Of a stretch of 64,000 nucleotides of DNA, positions 61,901 to 64,000 are shown in pieces. Below the pieces are notes generated by a model. The model searched no databases, was not told the DNA's origin, and worked only from the letters and a program-made list of their open reading frames with translations. The stretch is taken from positions 32,001 through 96,000 of the IMG/VR virus record IMGVR_UViG_3300025141_008848, one strand, 5' to 3'. How positions within the stretch are numbered: position 1 is the first letter of the stretch; every line of letters starts with the position of its first letter. Both the position numbers and the translations under genes were made by a program. Origin of the DNA: a virus.

Positions 61901-62705
61901 ATTTAAAAATTATTTTGGGTCGGACTTTAGACATTATATAGTTTTAACACCAGAATGTAATTTTTACAAACCATGTTCAGAAACTAAACTTTTATCCTGT
62001 TATGATATTTTACATAGAACTAGACCAGATAAATGGAAAATACAAAATGTAGGCAATAAAATAACGATAAATGGTAAGGAAATAATGATTATATCGGATA
62101 GGTCAGACGCCAATTCAAAACCAACAACCCTTCCCAACCAAACCATATGCAAGTATTTTTGTGACTGTGGACAAAGTATTGCTGAAGATTTAGAGATAGA
62201 CCCAATATACGGTATTACAGATGTATTTACTGATATTAATGGAAAAGATTGTAACGAATGTGTTAAAAATTCTAGAGCTCATTGTGCAAAAATACATGCG
62301 GCATGTAAACCGATAATCATAGAAGATTGTTCAGAACTAAAAGATTATGCGTTAAGTAATGAGGGGGATGAAGAGAGTATTCCTATTAAGATGAAAGGTA
62401 TGGTTGATGTTGGTGTTGGTGGTGGAGATAGTGATGGCCCTGGAGACCCTAGAGGAGGTTCTACATACTTTTCATGTATAGAAGGGGTATGTCAAGAAGA
62501 TGATGACGGAATATACACATCATTTAGTAGTTGTCAGGAGAGTTGTGAACCAACGGGACCACCAACTCCCCCGCTAGGACCCGATGATGGTGATGACCGA
62601 GGAGGTGATGAATCATACGAAGAAGGTGATGAAGAGATTTGTAAGGAAGGGACCTACTGGTGTGAGAGTAGAAAAGCGTGTATACCACTAAATGAAAAAT
62701 GTTAA
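58929..62705 (+). CDS. Large composite hypothetical structural protein with Cys-rich C-terminal modules
   Basis: Contains a 'GLYSDG.Y...G..YKGYFH' module, S/T-rich runs, and C-terminal 'YFSCIEGVCQEDDDGIYTSFSSCQESC' and 'CKEGTYWCESRKACIP'. Confidence 0.5.
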   Translation: MANKSYKTNIDLRILGERIKFLFFVSNTVGNTTSHSYNKKKCMVIEYDTQIMVEAICLVTEIGERMFLRFRGDNLKIENTLNLFGLRKSDMFLEVFKNSKGVYGFESIRGNGVGAFLSHPNYFSTTIPKNNSRGVGALLPFENGVMGKNHSLQMVLPGANITKNISAGISFDMDIHIESGGQYIQSLGFKLYKENIIIIEGETLDVKNTKQIINTTPNISLETTYIPLTSNDLASRKVMYDYKKVLTPQNVDADSITLIESNVYTIQNPKNLNTNLDKLKLTKNNIIEIPYNISRVVEDGKIKTTKKVIKNGKEIYPLGWINELRDNEIVSSANKCISLKFNNREQLIAFSEKLKQQQIGNIETYPLMNTSAEGTNTVRGMKKTYSKISQWIERSTLDEYNDVKFSYDSDNYIKSILICPRKKTKVDNTNKGKQNGLYSDGTQYTRLNGEAYKGYFHIDSNLGPVTGKDSGEPRRQVLIGLYNYAPISANTSTDFYLSTVGKKNSGLYSAFTATTTDIYEADNTYDLHISASSFSAHSASTGTTTIPISNIDREVVLPMIGDINKQYKPYAFGEVYASNPNGSLGLNNDNPQHYMTYRVKSNGIYRFTYKAFLNVTYTDTKWCDYVSRLAPSGVTATTGIYPQNDYEIKRLINTSIIQGGVEETATTLQDTKFKLNTGPRYIKLADRKETDPPESGLLTFNFTTSLLKYRVGTGTTDSIISGTPTTLQTVKVLRSTEDGDANHYLTLDVNENDKFSNTYNTCITDGVSATTIFKRQIPIVIDTGLISLLEGEVIELAYDTNWVSTSKGNYFGGGGTTNVDINLGHKLDKHGNTIESPWYRGIKLSSAVVNKNLFFDQSKKSKEFQMNTSGNKQKIRLDGTLYLSDQKCGNILRPHINEECFGQQIFWDSTGVDGKLVWNETSTKPTNKWQKLIESNIIKDYQITTSPHNKLTEMEKDGVFSFHIPTYDSDYGVKCNFNFPQTTQSYIIVNKFKNYFGSDFRHYIVLTPECNFYKPCSETKLLSCYDILHRTRPDKWKIQNVGNKITINGKEIMIISDRSDANSKPTTLPNQTICKYFCDCGQSIAEDLEIDPIYGITDVFTDINGKDCNECVKNSRAHCAKIHAACKPIIIEDCSELKDYALSNEGDEESIPIKMKGMVDVGVGGGDSDGPGDPRGGSTYFSCIEGVCQEDDDGIYTSFSSCQESCEPTGPPTPPLGPDDGDDRGGDESYEEGDEEICKEGTYWCESRKACIPLNEKC

Positions 62706-62719
62706 AAAATAAATAATAT

Positions 62720-64000
62720 ATGGCAATATTCGACGGAGATATAAAACTGATTGGTTATGTATTAACAAATGCTTTAAGTGGTAGTTGTGATGGGGGTATA
62801 ATAGGTTCCCAAATTTCAGCAACTACGAGCACTACATCCCCCTATTTAGTTAGTTGGTCAGGGACCAACCTAGGATATACCGCGTGTACTTTTGATATAT
62901 TTAATTTATGTCCCGATACCTATGTTGCAACCGTAACGGATGCCACAGGTGCAACCGGTACCACTAGTATTGTTGTAAGTGCTTTTACAGTACCAACCTT
63001 AACAGGAAGGCTTAGCAAAAATGACTGTATTCTAGACCCCAATAAATTGTGTGATATAACAATTTCATCAGCTGTAGTTGACACCCCAACGTACAAGTAC
63101 GAATTGAGAAAAGATAATAAGTTAATAGATACCCATTATGGTAATAGTGCTGATACTAGTCATCTTTTTAGTGACCTAGAGAATGGGATGTATACTGTGA
63201 CGTTGATTGAGAATGAGATAATTAGTTATACACAGGAACAATCTTGTAGTGGGTGCACCGCATATATGTTTAATGATGAGGGAAATTATGAAATCAGTGG
63301 TGAACCATACGGATGGGAGTTAGACAAAGTGATAGGTACTAACTGGGAAAACTTCATACCAGATGCCCCATTTCACCTTGACTTTTATGGTGGAGTTTCG
63401 GGATTGACTGGGTGGGGTCCCGCAACGGGAGGAACCAACATATACTATGAAGCTGGAATATTAGAAGATGGGACTATAGATTCTTCTAATCCGTATGTGT
63501 GGTTTTATACGGGAGCTACTCATACTAGAATGTCTGACACAGGTCAAGATTGGTATTTAGGTGTTAGTGCACTAACTAAAGAAGAAGGACAAAATTGGAT
63601 AGGTCCGGACATTGCAAAAACTACACCCAACATAGGTAAATTTTACTATAATAGTGTCATTAATAAATTTGAATATTTGTACCCTAGTTATTCTAATTTG
63701 GTTAGTTGGGTAACTTATGACCCTAGAATAAATTATGGTATACCAGGAAATCCTAGAGCTGCAACCTTAACTGGTGGAACCTCAGGACTCACACTTATGG
63801 ATTTATCACCGATAGATGTTACAATAAATGCATCAAATGTGGTTATCGAGGCTAGTAGTATTTGCTGGTTGGCGGGTCCGGGAAATCTTGGAAAATTATT
63901 TTCACATTCAAATAATGGACTAATAACGGGAATGTTAAGTAAGTGTTCATATAACAACTATACTTGGCAAACTAGTTTTAATGCAACTTCTGATAATGAT
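62720..64000 (+). CDS. Truncated large structural/adhesin protein with SprB-like repeat (not in the ORF track)
   Basis: Open from ATG 62720 to the window end: MAIFDGDIKLIGYVLTNALSGSCDGGI...PYLVSWSG...FNLCPDTYVATVTDATG, resembling Bacteroidota SprB repeats. Confidence 0.7.
   Translation, partial: MAIFDGDIKLIGYVLTNALSGSCDGGIIGSQISATTSTTSPYLVSWSGTNLGYTACTFDIFNLCPDTYVATVTDATGATGTTSIVVSAFTVPTLTGRLSKNDCILDPNKLCDITISSAVVDTPTYKYELRKDNKLIDTHYGNSADTSHLFSDLENGMYTVTLIENEIISYTQEQSCSGCTAYMFNDEGNYEISGEPYGWELDKVIGTNWENFIPDAPFHLDFYGGVSGLTGWGPATGGTNIYYEAGILEDGTIDSSNPYVWFYTGATHTRMSDTGQDWYLGVSALTKEEGQNWIGPDIAKTTPNIGKFYYNSVINKFEYLYPSYSNLVSWVTYDPRINYGIPGNPRAATLTGGTSGLTLMDLSPIDVTINASNVVIEASSICWLAGPGNLGKLFSHSNNGLITGMLSKCSYNNYTWQTSFNATSDND

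Noticed and set aside
1-64000. Stop-codon reassignment (as in Lak/crAss-like phages)
   Set aside because: Standard code 11 gives long, densely packed ORFs. TAG ends recognisable proteins at their natural C-termini (sheath, neck protein).
1-64000. tRNA or structured ncRNA genes
   Set aside because: Intergenic gaps are short and AT-rich, and no cloverleaf or T-loop consensus was recognised. A covariance search was not run.

Overview
This AT-rich window (roughly 30-35% GC by eye) comes from a T4-related contractile-tailed jumbo phage. The host is most likely Bacteroidota: there is a TTTG-N20-TAnnTTTG promoter, mostly SD-less A-rich start contexts, a Bacteroidota-type lipoprotein and an SprB-like repeat. 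Order of modules: neck and tail-completion genes (gp13/14/15-like) with an SNF2 helicase; tail sheath; a block of acidic putative internal-head proteins and a HAD phosphatase; tail tube, a chaperone pair with a candidate +1/-2 frameshift, tape measure, baseplate hub with a C-terminal M23 peptidase; an inserted replication block (SSB, RecA/UvsX, SlyD-like FKBP, 5'-3' exonuclease, DnaB/gp41 helicase, class II RNR); then baseplate wedge genes (gp25, gp6) and large accessory structural genes. The main oddities are (1) a 2991-aa cysteine-rich protein built from several repeat types, followed by a nucleotidyltransferase and a small ORF that may be its detached C-terminus, (2) a dense [S/T]-[G/A]-x-[T/S] motif concentrated in virion proteins, a candidate modification sequon, (3) a strand-oriented TATTTAT(A/T) promoter motif that is the reverse complement of the T4 late promoter, (4) apparent GATC avoidance, and (5) two genes missed by the ORF track. 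All assignments rest on motif recognition and gene order. No database searches or counts were run.
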